Positions 1 through 8,905 of a DNA stretch of 64,000 nt are shown here, piece by piece (position 1 is the stretch's first letter; each line of letters starts with the position of its first letter). The DNA lies in assembly GCA_016180435.1 (NCBI GenBank), contig JACPBG010000001.1:283107-347106 (forward strand). Reading direction: 5' to 3'. A program made the position numbers and the translations under genes. The DNA is from Candidatus Sungiibacteriota bacterium. GTDB taxonomy: Bacteria > Patescibacteriota > Minisyncoccia > Sungbacterales > HO2-52-23. Below the pieces are notes generated by a model. That model was not told the origin of the DNA. It searched no databases and was given only the letters and a program-made list of their open reading frames with translations.

Positions 1-371
1 ATCCGGTATTCATTGCGCCAATGCTCAAGAATTTCCGGAGGCGTGCGATTCAAAAGTCCGGCATTCAATTGGGTGGAGCCGCCCAGACACCTGCCCTCTC
101 CGAATACCAGCGAAGTATTGGACATAATGGGAATTGCGCCGCCCTCGCGCCAAACGCGGGGAAACGTATTCGCAATGCCGCATTGGCCGTCTTCAAATTC
201 AATGAAAGGCCCTTCTTCAAGAATTAAAACCTCCCTCCCCTTTTCAACAAGAAATTGCGCGGTAAGCGCTCCGCCTGCCCCGCTCCCGATAACAACGCAC
301 TCAGCGTCAATGCCTTGCGCTGGCACGAAATCCAATAATGATTTTTTAAACGCAAAGTCAGTTGCCTGCAT
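1..371 (-). CDS. GMC-family FAD-dependent oxidoreductase, N-terminal part (gene runs past window start)
   Basis: Absent from the ORF track because no stop codon lies in the window. Minus-strand translation from ATG (369-371) gives MQATDFAFKK...ECVVIGSGAGGALTAQFLVEKGREVLILEEG, a Rossmann FAD-binding GxGxxG motif. It continues with GRCLGGSTQLNAGLLNR, which resembles the GMC oxidoreductase signature. Confidence 0.6.
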   Translation of the reverse strand, partial: MQATDFAFKKSLLDFVPAQGIDAECVVIGSGAGGALTAQFLVEKGREVLILEEGPFIEFEDGQCGIANTFPRVWREGGAIPIMSNTSLVFGEGRCLGGSTQLNAGLLNRTPPEILEHWRNEYR

Positions 372-487
372 ACCCGGTAGTAACTCTTCGGCTAGGCCAA
401 AAGCCCAAAAACCTTAGAAAATATCAAATCTAATTACCTAATAATAAACTATAGTTTTTTGTTATAAATCTTTATTGCCGAAGACTA

Positions 488-961
488 CTACCGGGCATAA
501 AAACATTGAATTTTCCGATGAGATTTTGTATCAACACCGAGCGAGTGCAGCGTATCGGCAGAATCATAATAAAAAAGAAGAGTCATGTTAAGAAAAAAAC
601 GAATAAAATCACGCTTGACGCCAATTGGACTTTTTAACCATTTCCGCATTAACTGCATGTGTTGCTCCGGGGTAAGCTCTAAAAATCCTCTTCCTCTACG
701 GATAGAAAAAGCAACCGCAAGTATAACAAGTCCGAAACGGTATAACGGCTGCATACTTTTATGCACCATGCATAGAAATGCCGCCGCGTCTTTAACAATG
801 CGTTTATCAAGATTGTGATTAATATCCCAAATCACCGCTTCAACCATGACATACACTATTTTTTTGAAAAAATTATTTTCCGCACCGCTCATAAATTGAC
901 ACATTTTCTTGATTATATATCTCATGCAAACATAATCCGTTTTTTTCCATATCACCCACAC
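488..961 (-). CDS. hypothetical small protein (start uncertain; the Met at 847 would avoid overlap with the upstream gene)
   Basis: 157-aa ORF overlapping the 3' end of the 632-aa gene in another frame. No recognisable motif. Confidence 0.3.
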   Translation of the reverse strand: MWVIWKKTDYVCMRYIIKKMCQFMSGAENNFFKKIVYVMVEAVIWDINHNLDKRIVKDAAAFLCMVHKSMQPLYRFGLVILAVAFSIRRGRGFLELTPEQHMQLMRKWLKSPIGVKRDFIRFFLNMTLLFYYDSADTLHSLGVDTKSHRKIQCFYAR

Positions 962-2771
962 TAAAAGAAAAACTCGTTTTCTCCATCAACCCTGCATATA
1001 TATACTCAAACGCATATTTTTGAAGCAGCGTTTCGGAACTTATGCGCCAACTCTCAAGAATTTCCGCCACAGAGGTTTCCACGTCCGAAAAGTCGCGGAA
1101 ACCGCCTCTCCCGAAATAAGTGTTCGGCTCCCGACTATAAAGTCCGTAATGAAAAAGATGCAGGGCAATGCCATCTTCAATTCCCCTTAAATCATCCTCA
1201 TGGCTTCTGGTTTCAAGAAAAGATCGGCTGAACCGTCCGCGAATCCATTGATCACCCATACCAAAAATTTTTGCCGCAATCACATAACGCTCCAGCATCT
1301 CCCGATCTGACGCACTGGTGATAACGCCGGTTGGCGGCACAAATACTTTGGCAGAAGTAAAGATAAGAAGATGGGTATTTGTAACCACCGAGGGAGAAAG
1401 CACAACTGCATCGTCCGGAATATTGGCTTGCATCCAAACAAAAGAATTCTCTGTAGACGAATCAAGGGTGAACCGCGCCACATTCTCTTTCGCATAAGCA
1501 AACTGAAGTTGAATGTTTCTTGTAACCATCAGAAGAAAAATCAGAACTAGAAATGTATACCCGAACCGCTGAAATTTTACCCCCATGAACTTATTCCATA
1601 AATGAGGGACTAACAGGATGTATGCAATAAAAAGAGCCAGGGCCAGCGGATAGCGCAAAAAATGCTCCGGCTGCGGCACATATCCCGTAATCACCTGAAT
1701 ATTCATAACCGTAAGCGCCCCCAAAAATATAGATGCGGCCGCGATTTCCAAACGCCTAAAAGCACTGATCGCTGCGGCGAGCCACACCAAAAAATGAGGC
1801 CAAAGCAACCAGCGGATTTCCCGTCCCACCTCAAGACCCGTTCTCCCGATGAGCTCGGCATAATGCGCAAACTGCCTAAGTTCAAAAAATGAGATAAAAA
1901 ATGGGATCGCAATAACGAATCCGATTACCAGAACCGCGGTCTGGAACATCGCCATCCGATACTCTCGCCTTAAAAAGAAAAGTACTGCCGCCATACCAAG
2001 TATTACCGTAACGCTAACCCAATCAAACGGATATGAATAAAAGAGGGCGCCATAAGCAATTCCGGTGCCTATAAAAAGAAACGGCATCTTTTTCTTAATC
2101 GCCATAAGCCATAAAAGAAAAAAAACTCCCAAAGGTATAAACGTCCACTCCGGAGTAAACAGCCGATCAAGCGGCAAATGAGTCACAACTGGATGCGCAA
2201 TCCACGGCTTAAAATACGCGGCAAAACTTTTGAACTGATAAAATAGGGAGAAAGGAAAAAGCGACGCCAGATCACGGGAAAAAATAAAAATTGCGCCGAG
2301 CAATAAAGAAAGCGTTGAATCGCCGCTTAAAAAAACAAGGACTGAAAAAATAATAAGAAAAATAATCGGAGGGAAAATAAAATCCGCTAAAATCCAGGCG
2401 TTTTCAAAGCCAATTAAACGAGCCGCAAATCCAAGCACAGACGCGCCCAAAGGCGCGCGAACCGAAGGGCCGTCCGCATGTTCGCGCAACGCCGGATCGC
2501 CAAATGAATTTATCCCCTCGGCCACCTCCCGGACCTGCGGCGCATAAATTTGCGCCTCGTCCATATCGGAAAAAAATGTGACCGGATGGTACGCCTTTCC
2601 CTCTGTAGCCAGGTTTCTTGAAATCAAAATGTGCGGCAGTCCGTAAAAAGCCGAAACAAAAAAAGCGCCCCCCAACGCCAGCCAAAAAACTTTCTTATTG
2701 AGAAATTGAAAAGAAAATAGACGCATACGAAGTAAAACGCATGGTAAAGATTGAAATGACAAGTAAAACAA
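873..2771 (-). CDS. large polytopic membrane protein, GT-C-like glycosyltransferase candidate
   Basis: 632 aa. The N-terminal half has about 10-12 hydrophobic helices and the C-terminal ~230 aa are soluble. It lies immediately downstream of a UbiA-family polyprenyl-phosphate sugar synthase and overlaps it by 77 nt, so the true start is likely internal. Confidence 0.5.
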   Translation of the reverse strand: MFYLSFQSLPCVLLRMRLFSFQFLNKKVFWLALGGAFFVSAFYGLPHILISRNLATEGKAYHPVTFFSDMDEAQIYAPQVREVAEGINSFGDPALREHADGPSVRAPLGASVLGFAARLIGFENAWILADFIFPPIIFLIIFSVLVFLSGDSTLSLLLGAIFIFSRDLASLFPFSLFYQFKSFAAYFKPWIAHPVVTHLPLDRLFTPEWTFIPLGVFFLLWLMAIKKKMPFLFIGTGIAYGALFYSYPFDWVSVTVILGMAAVLFFLRREYRMAMFQTAVLVIGFVIAIPFFISFFELRQFAHYAELIGRTGLEVGREIRWLLWPHFLVWLAAAISAFRRLEIAAASIFLGALTVMNIQVITGYVPQPEHFLRYPLALALFIAYILLVPHLWNKFMGVKFQRFGYTFLVLIFLLMVTRNIQLQFAYAKENVARFTLDSSTENSFVWMQANIPDDAVVLSPSVVTNTHLLIFTSAKVFVPPTGVITSASDREMLERYVIAAKIFGMGDQWIRGRFSRSFLETRSHEDDLRGIEDGIALHLFHYGLYSREPNTYFGRGGFRDFSDVETSVAEILESWRISSETLLQKYAFEYIYAGLMEKTSFSFSVGDMEKNGLCLHEIYNQENVSIYERCGK

Positions 2772-3621
2772 AAATGGCTACCGAGGCCTGCATGGGGAAA
2801 TCCTTAAAAATAATATCAGTGGGATTATCGCTCAACGTTCCTTTTGTTTCAGCCAGCCACAAAAATCGGAACATACCATAAAGCACGGGCAATACCGTGC
2901 TAAGAAACAAAATGCTTTTTATATCAAGCACGGCATAAAAAATAAATATAGCCAGCGCAAGGATTAAAGATACGAAAATAATGCTACGCAAAAATTCTAC
3001 GGCATAAAGAGAAGATGTAGCGGCGATTTTTATTTCCTGCGATCGCTTGATGGCAACAATGAAAAGCGCCAAAAAAAACGTGGCGGCTAAAATCCATGGA
3101 GAAAATTGGGCACCAATTGCAATGACACCGGCAACTACACGCAATACGAACCCAAGAGCAACCGAAAACATATCAAGAAGAAATGCGCGCTTCAGCCAAA
3201 ACGTATAACTTAAATTCAGCAGCAGATATGCGGCAATCGTCCAAAAAAATCCTTGTGATACCGCGAAACCTGCCGCAAGCGCGATCAAAGAAAGAAGAAT
3301 CGAAAAAAACCATGCGGCATTTACTGAAATATCTCCTCTTGCAACCGGCCGATTTCTCTTAAGCGGATGAAGACGGTCTCGCGGCGCATCAACGGCATCA
3401 TTAAAAACATACACCGCGCTGGAGGCGACGCAAAAAATCGAAAAAGCGAATAAAGACAGGATAACTTTTTCCGGATCAAAAAACGAGAACGAAAAAACAA
3501 CCGGCGCAATAACAAATATATTTTTCAGCCACTGCTTCGGACGAAGTAATTCCATAAAAGTTATAGCACTTTGCATATAGTTTTTATACGGCATCACAAA
3601 ATTAATATTTGACCGTAACAT
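2695..3621 (-). CDS. UbiA-family prenyltransferase, decaprenyl-phosphate phosphoribosyltransferase-like
   Basis: Multi-TM protein carrying the motif FNDAVDAPRDRLHPLKRNRPVARG, i.e. NDxxDxxxD followed by HPxKxxRPxAxG, as in DPPR synthases. The Met at 3594 (MPYKNYM) is the more likely start, since direct repeats cover the first 9 codons. Confidence 0.75.
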   Translation of the reverse strand: MLRSNINFVMPYKNYMQSAITFMELLRPKQWLKNIFVIAPVVFSFSFFDPEKVILSLFAFSIFCVASSAVYVFNDAVDAPRDRLHPLKRNRPVARGDISVNAAWFFSILLSLIALAAGFAVSQGFFWTIAAYLLLNLSYTFWLKRAFLLDMFSVALGFVLRVVAGVIAIGAQFSPWILAATFFLALFIVAIKRSQEIKIAATSSLYAVEFLRSIIFVSLILALAIFIFYAVLDIKSILFLSTVLPVLYGMFRFLWLAETKGTLSDNPTDIIFKDFPMQASVAIFVLLVISIFTMRFTSYASIFFSISQ

Positions 3622-3645
3622 TATTAATATTTAGCCGTAACATTT
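3601..3645. promoter_or_regulatory. tandem 21-nt direct repeats ATTAATATTT(G/A)(A/G)CCGTAACATT x2 directly upstream of the UbiA-family gene
   Basis: Two adjacent near-identical copies seen in the sequence, between the ArsR gene end and the UbiA-family gene start. Confidence 0.4.
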
Positions 3646-3663
3646 CAATCCTTTAATCTCCGG

Positions 3664-3987
3664 CTATTCCAATGTTCTTAAGAATTTAAGAATAGATTTT
3701 CCGCGCATCGTAAGCGCATGGCGCACCGAGTTTCCCTCGTTTCGCTTCATGACCAACCCCGCAATAGCCAGCCGGCGAATATGTTCGGAGGCGGTCTTAA
3801 AATTAATGCGGAGCATATCCGCAATTTCCATCACCGAAAGTTCCGGCATCCTATCGAGAAGAACCACAATTTCGATCCGCCGATGGTTGGCGCATCCTTT
3901 TATGATTCTTTCCAAATACCGCGGTTTTTCCATAAAAAAATTATACCACAATATGTTTATTTCCTTCAACCCCGTCTCTATTCTCAA
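3664..3987 (-). CDS. ArsR/SmtB-family HTH transcriptional regulator
   Basis: CANHRRIEIVVLL...SVMEIADMLRINFKTASEHIRRLAIAGLV is a winged-HTH ArsR pattern. The start is probably MEKPRY at 3933. The gene is flanked by palindromes. Confidence 0.7.
   Translation of the reverse strand: MRIETGLKEINILWYNFFMEKPRYLERIIKGCANHRRIEIVVLLDRMPELSVMEIADMLRINFKTASEHIRRLAIAGLVMKRNEGNSVRHALTMRGKSILKFLRTLE
3675..3696. promoter_or_regulatory. second copy of the operator half-site (TTCTTAAGAATTTAAGAATAGA) at the 3' end of the ArsR-family gene
   Basis: Shares TTCTTAAGAATTT(A/G)AGAATAGA with the 34-nt palindrome. It contains the 10-nt palindrome TTCTTAAGAA. Confidence 0.4.
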
Positions 3988-4010
3988 ATTCTTAAGAATT
4001 TGAGAATAGA
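3977..4010. promoter_or_regulatory. perfect 34-nt palindrome TCTATTCTCAAATTCTTAAGAATTTGAGAATAGA, candidate operator upstream of the ArsR-family gene
   Basis: Reverse complement is identical to the forward sequence. It sits ~45 nt upstream of the MEKPRY start of the regulator. Confidence 0.6.
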
Positions 4011-4075
4011 GATCCCCGAACCCGCTTCATTTTAACGCGGCGAGCAAGATAAATGATTTTCTATAATACTTAACA

Positions 4076-5227
4076 TTAGGGAATACTCGCAATAAAATGG
4101 AGGATGGATTGCGCGCGGACCCCCCACGAATATAGACACGATTTTTCAAATGCATTTACGGCGCGTGCAGATGCGGCGGCGTAATTTTGTAAAATGATTT
4201 TGACGGCCGCGACAAGTTTTTCCGAATTATCCGGTTCAAAGAAATAAACCTCTTTTTCGGAAACAATTTCCCGAATTGAAGGAAGATCGGACGCAACAAT
4301 TGGAACGCCGGATGCCATATATTCAAAAAGTTTTAGAGGAGAGGTGGCATAGCGCGATTCTTCGCTTTGGGAGGAATTGGGCAAAACTAAAACATCGGCC
4401 GCTTTCAGCCAAAGTGGAATCTCGGAATACGGACGCTGGCCCGCCATAATGATATTTTTTAAGCCGCCGAATTTATTTTTAAATGTATCCAGATCGCGTC
4501 CGGATCCGCCCACAAAAATAAAAATGATTTCAGGAAGCAGGCGCGCGGCTTCGGCCATTATTTCCACCCCCTTCCAGCCGTATAACTGGCCGGAATAAAG
4601 AGCATTTTTTTTATCCGCCGGAATTTTCAAACGGCTCCGCAATTCAATTTTAGTTTCTTTAATGTCAAATAGCTGCGGATCAAAACCGTTGGGACAAGTC
4701 ATAATTTTCTCCCAAGGTATTCCAAACATTAAATGCAATTTTTCAGTTTTCCAATTGTTGGTTGATATAATGCCGTCCAGACGCCGCAGGGCAGGCCCCC
4801 AAAACCAATAACCCCTTGGCGGCCAGTCATGCATTTCAAAAAATACTCCGCGGCGAAAATAAGATATCAGCCAGGCCAAAAAAATGTCACGCGAAAAAAT
4901 AATATCATGGTTTTTCCATTCATTTCTTCCTAAAATCATCAAAGAAAGCGCAAAAGTTAAAACCCGCAGCCAATATCCCCAAAAACCTAAAAAAAGCCAA
5001 TTCAGCGCCGGGAAACGGCGTATTACAAAATTTTTGCGGACGCCGTAGTAGGAATATGAATCTGCGCCTGATATGCCCTGTATTTCCGGAATGGCGAGTG
5101 TCACATCCAAGCCAGCACCGGACAATGCTTCACACATTTTCATAATTTGCAGTCCGTGTGCGCGCGGAGTCGGCAACCGGACGTTCGCGATATAAAGCAG
5201 TTTCTCCATAATTTCAGAGTTTTTCAC
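4076..5227 (-). CDS. glycosyltransferase family 4 (GT-B fold)
   Basis: C-terminal EX7E-type motif ESRYATSPLKLFEYMASGVPIVASD and a GGSGRD-type nucleotide-sugar binding region. Confidence 0.8.
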   Translation of the reverse strand: MKNSEIMEKLLYIANVRLPTPRAHGLQIMKMCEALSGAGLDVTLAIPEIQGISGADSYSYYGVRKNFVIRRFPALNWLFLGFWGYWLRVLTFALSLMILGRNEWKNHDIIFSRDIFLAWLISYFRRGVFFEMHDWPPRGYWFWGPALRRLDGIISTNNWKTEKLHLMFGIPWEKIMTCPNGFDPQLFDIKETKIELRSRLKIPADKKNALYSGQLYGWKGVEIMAEAARLLPEIIFIFVGGSGRDLDTFKNKFGGLKNIIMAGQRPYSEIPLWLKAADVLVLPNSSQSEESRYATSPLKLFEYMASGVPIVASDLPSIREIVSEKEVYFFEPDNSEKLVAAVKIILQNYAAASARAVNAFEKSCLYSWGVRAQSILHFIASIP

Positions 5228-6059
5228 AAAACAAATTTACATATTTTTTAACGGAGCGGATGAATTCTTCCTCGCTTTGCCATGATTCAAGCGGGGTTCT
5301 TGTACATTTTTTATCATCAATCGCAAAAATATGATATCCGAATCCGCGGATCCGCCGGATAAGATCAAGCGGACTTGTGCCGAGTGATCTGATAACGCCC
5401 GGGGCAAATTCAATAATAAGCGCCGGGGCATCGTTTCGCCCTAAAATATTTTTAGCTCCCTCCAAGACCTCAAGTTCCGCGCCCTCAACATCAATTTTAA
5501 TGAAATCAATGCGTCGATCGCCAAAATACGCATCCAGCGCAACGCTTTTTACGTCCAATTCCCGTGAAACCGGATAACGTCCCGCCTGCAAACTATGGGA
5601 CCCGCTGCCAACGGACGATTCATACAAAGTCAGCCGGCTATTTTGAGAGGCAACCGCCGCCTGAATCAAAACAGTATTTTTTAAACGCCGGGCATTCTTT
5701 TCAAGAAATCCGAAATTTACCGGATGCGGTTCAAAAGCAAAGACATTTCCCGAGGGCCCGACCGCGCGGGAAAAAATACGGGTAAAGTATCCCACATGCG
5801 CGCCGACATCAACCCCAACCATGCCGGGACGCAAAAAAGTCCGCGCCGCGGCCACGCTTCCTTTTTCCCAAACGCCCAGAAGCATCTCAAAACTGCCGCT
5901 GACTGTTTCGGGCAAAACCGCAAAACCGCGGATGCGGCCCAGAATCCAAATAATAGTCCGGGCCGCAATCTTTGCCGGAATTTTAATAAAGCGGTTCTGC
6001 CGCGAAAAAAATGCAATAATTTTTTTAAACACGATAAATTTCTTTAAGCTTTTTTTCAA
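5214..6059 (-). CDS. FkbM-family SAM-dependent methyltransferase
   Basis: VGAHVGYFTRIFSRAVGPSGNVFAFEPHPVNF, then IKIDVEGAELEVLEGA, the FkbM domain pattern. Confidence 0.75.
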   Translation of the reverse strand: MKKSLKKFIVFKKIIAFFSRQNRFIKIPAKIAARTIIWILGRIRGFAVLPETVSGSFEMLLGVWEKGSVAAARTFLRPGMVGVDVGAHVGYFTRIFSRAVGPSGNVFAFEPHPVNFGFLEKNARRLKNTVLIQAAVASQNSRLTLYESSVGSGSHSLQAGRYPVSRELDVKSVALDAYFGDRRIDFIKIDVEGAELEVLEGAKNILGRNDAPALIIEFAPGVIRSLGTSPLDLIRRIRGFGYHIFAIDDKKCTRTPLESWQSEEEFIRSVKKYVNLFCEKL

Positions 6060-7110
6060 ATACTTCTAATGAAAAATTTTCTTGCGCAAATTTGTGCGCG
6101 TTTTTACCCATAGTCCGGCGTTCAAATTCCGCGGACCTGAATATTTTACGAACCGCATCAACCAACGCTTGCGCGGTGTAATCGGTAAAAACTAACCCGC
6201 AACCGGCTTTTTCCAAAATCAAACGCTGATCGCTCGTATCCGAGGCAATAACCGGGCGGCCCGAAGCCAAATAATACGATAATTTATACGGATATTGAGT
6301 GTCGGATACTTCGCTTCTAATGCGCGGGGAAAGAAGTACGTGGCACTGTGAAAAAAATACGGGTTCGGCGCCGCGCGGCACAATTCCTTTAAGTTCTATA
6401 TTATCGGCAACGGCGCCAATATCCGGCTTTTTTTCAAATCCTCCCAAAACAAACCGGATATTTTTTTCCGATTGTAAAATTTTAGCCGCCTCCAAAATCA
6501 AAGGAAGCCCTTGCCAAAAAGAATCGTTGCCAAGATATCCTACGCAAAACGGCGGTGGTATCGGAGGATCACGATACGTATAAAAATCCATATCCACCGG
6601 CCCCCAGCTAATGAATATTTTTTGGGGGTTAACTCCCATATGGCTGCATAGAAATTTCCGCTGGGTATGGCTCATGACGATCAAAGCATCCGCCAGGCGA
6701 GTTCCAATCCAGTCCAGCACCCGGAAAAACAAACGTAAAATATAGGATAAGTTACGCGCCTCGTAAAAGGAGAGTCCGTGTATCTCAAAAATAAAACGCG
6801 TTCGGGGATGCAAAAGTTTATAGAGCGCGGCGGGCAAAACCGCGGCAGTTGTGACCGCATGCACCGCATCCGGCTTTGAAGAAAATAAATTACGCGCGAC
6901 CCCAAACGAAAATTTACCCAAACGCGCTCCGGGCACGATTCGCCCAAAACGCAACTTATCGGAAATCACAAAGGTATTGGAAAAAACGCCTCCGGTCGCA
7001 TAGGCGTTAACTTCGGCAAATTGGCTAATAACTTTTATATTCAATCGCGTGCGGGTCGGCGTGCCGGATACGCGATCAATATTGAATGGACAGATCAGGG
7101 CTACGCGCAT
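6025..7110 (-). CDS. glycosyltransferase family 4
   Basis: GT-B architecture with C-terminal SEVSDTQYPYKLSYYLASGRPVIASD (EX7E-like). Confidence 0.75.
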   Translation of the reverse strand: MRVALICPFNIDRVSGTPTRTRLNIKVISQFAEVNAYATGGVFSNTFVISDKLRFGRIVPGARLGKFSFGVARNLFSSKPDAVHAVTTAAVLPAALYKLLHPRTRFIFEIHGLSFYEARNLSYILRLFFRVLDWIGTRLADALIVMSHTQRKFLCSHMGVNPQKIFISWGPVDMDFYTYRDPPIPPPFCVGYLGNDSFWQGLPLILEAAKILQSEKNIRFVLGGFEKKPDIGAVADNIELKGIVPRGAEPVFFSQCHVLLSPRIRSEVSDTQYPYKLSYYLASGRPVIASDTSDQRLILEKAGCGLVFTDYTAQALVDAVRKIFRSAEFERRTMGKNAHKFAQENFSLEVFEKKLKEIYRV

Positions 7111-7146
7111 ATTTGATCAAGTGTTTAAAAATGATAATATGGTTAA

Positions 7147-8085
7147 ATGAATAAATACGCCAAAGACAATCAAGTATTATTACTGTCGGCGCTTTCAAAT
7201 TCCGAAAAACTTCTTGGGTTGTATCACAACAAAAATAGGGAACCGAGATATATAAACCGTCTGAAAAAATTCCTTAAAAACCCCTACAAATATCTGCGCA
7301 TAAATTTAGCGAAGGCGGGCATTATCAGCCACAATGGATATGCCGAAACTTTCTGGGGCGAAAATCTCTACCTGCCCCTGGCAGACGAAAACATCACAAC
7401 ACTTTACTATTGCGGGGCGCTGGGCGCATCCGAATGCCGGCTCACTCGATTTATCATTAAAAACATGAATCCTTCCGATATTTTCTACGATGTGGGCGCA
7501 AATTACGGATTTTACAGCACCCTGGCATCCTACCTCATTGGCCGCGAAACAGGCCAGGTGCATATCTTTGAACCAAATCCCTCGGCTATATATTATATCA
7601 GAAAAAATATGGACGCGGATGGCAAAAAAATTTTTATCAATGAAGTCGGGGTGGCCGATACCGAGGGGACGGCGGTTTTTTATGACACGGTTGAGGGCGG
7701 CAAGGGCGGCATGAGCACTATGCTCAAAGAAACCGTACTCCGCTGGAAACTTCCGTTCAAAGAAATCAGGGTAAAAACCATAACACTTGACGATTATGCG
7801 CTCGCGCACGCTCCCCCGACCTTCCTAAAAATAGACGTGGATGGAAGCGAAAAAAAAGTAATCCGCGGCGCTGTCAAAATGTTAAAATCCGCCGCGCCCA
7901 TTATTGCCATGGAGGTCTGGGATGCCAATCATGTAAAAGCCGACACCATGGAAGCGCTGAAACTTTTACAAAACCTTGGATATGAATCATACCGCATAGA
8001 CGAAAAAGGCGAAATCCAACGCGAATTCCTGGATGTATATAAAAATCCGGTGGGCGAGTTCAGTAATTTTATATTTAAAAAATAG
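7147..8085 (+). CDS. FkbM-family SAM-dependent methyltransferase (second copy)
   Basis: FYDVGANYGFYSTLASYL...VHIFEPNPSAIYY, then LKIDVDGSEKKVIRGA. Confidence 0.75.
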   Translation: MNKYAKDNQVLLLSALSNSEKLLGLYHNKNREPRYINRLKKFLKNPYKYLRINLAKAGIISHNGYAETFWGENLYLPLADENITTLYYCGALGASECRLTRFIIKNMNPSDIFYDVGANYGFYSTLASYLIGRETGQVHIFEPNPSAIYYIRKNMDADGKKIFINEVGVADTEGTAVFYDTVEGGKGGMSTMLKETVLRWKLPFKEIRVKTITLDDYALAHAPPTFLKIDVDGSEKKVIRGAVKMLKSAAPIIAMEVWDANHVKADTMEALKLLQNLGYESYRIDEKGEIQREFLDVYKNPVGEFSNFIFKK

Positions 8086-8905
8086 ATAAAAATATCCTGA
8101 CTCCCAATATAAGATGATACGCTATTCTCGCCGCTTCCGCCGAAATTGGCATTGAATCCTTAAAACCATGGAAGATATAGTTGCGAAACGCACGAAATCC
8201 TATTCCCAAAACAGGACGAAAACTATTATACATAAGGCGCCAGCGCTCAATTCGAGAAAGCGAGGACATGCGAGACAGTTCAAGTTCCATAAATTTTCGG
8301 TTGGAACCCCAGAATCTTCTCCAATATCCTCCATCCGGCATAAAATTGATCCAAGGATTTGTAAATCTACCCACTTTGATATCGCTATCGCCTTTTTCGC
8401 GATAACGGATTTTGGAGTGCGGTGATTTGTAAAAATACGCGCCGAATTTTTTGGTGAAAAATCTGCGCTGATATCCCGGGAAATTGGAGGAATATCTTAT
8501 CATTCGGCCATCAATGCGCTGATATGAGGTTGGAACTTCATAGACATCAAATATTTGGGCTGCACTTTCTTCGACAACCGAACGAATTTCTTGCACAAGC
8601 CCGGGAGATGCCGCCTCATCCGAATCAACATAAAGCACCCAGTCAAATTTAGCATGATTCATGCAATCCGTGCGGATGCAGGCAAAATCCGCGATATATC
8701 CTTCCGAAGTTAAACATTCTTTGGGCTGTAAAAAAACATTCGCGCCGCAGGAGCGCGCGATTGATAAAGTGTCATCGCCTGATCCGCCGTCGCACACCAC
8801 AATATCTTCAAAATCCTTGACGGATTCGAGCACCCGGCGCAGAGTACGGGCGGAATTTTTGGTTAAAATATAAACCGATGCTTGAATTTTTTTATTGGGC
8901 ATCAA
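8075..8905 (-). CDS. glycosyltransferase family 2
   Basis: N-terminal SVYILTKNSARTLRRVLESV...IVVCDGGSGDDT, with a DSD motif (YVDSDE). Confidence 0.8.
   Translation of the reverse strand: MMPNKKIQASVYILTKNSARTLRRVLESVKDFEDIVVCDGGSGDDTLSIARSCGANVFLQPKECLTSEGYIADFACIRTDCMNHAKFDWVLYVDSDEAASPGLVQEIRSVVEESAAQIFDVYEVPTSYQRIDGRMIRYSSNFPGYQRRFFTKKFGAYFYKSPHSKIRYREKGDSDIKVGRFTNPWINFMPDGGYWRRFWGSNRKFMELELSRMSSLSRIERWRLMYNSFRPVLGIGFRAFRNYIFHGFKDSMPISAEAARIAYHLILGVRIFLSIF

Noticed and set aside
13-417. Plus-strand ORFs at the window start (13-417, 21-227)
   Set aside because: The minus strand over the same span encodes a clean GMC/FAD oxidoreductase N-terminus with a GxGxxG motif. The plus-strand frames are Pro/Ser/Ala-rich shadow ORFs.
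2695-2771. 77-nt overlap between the GT-C-like gene and the UbiA-family gene as evidence for a fused or frameshifted pseudogene
   Set aside because: The frames differ, and both ORFs are full length with intact motifs. The more likely explanation is an internal alternative start (ATG/TTG/GTG) for the downstream gene.
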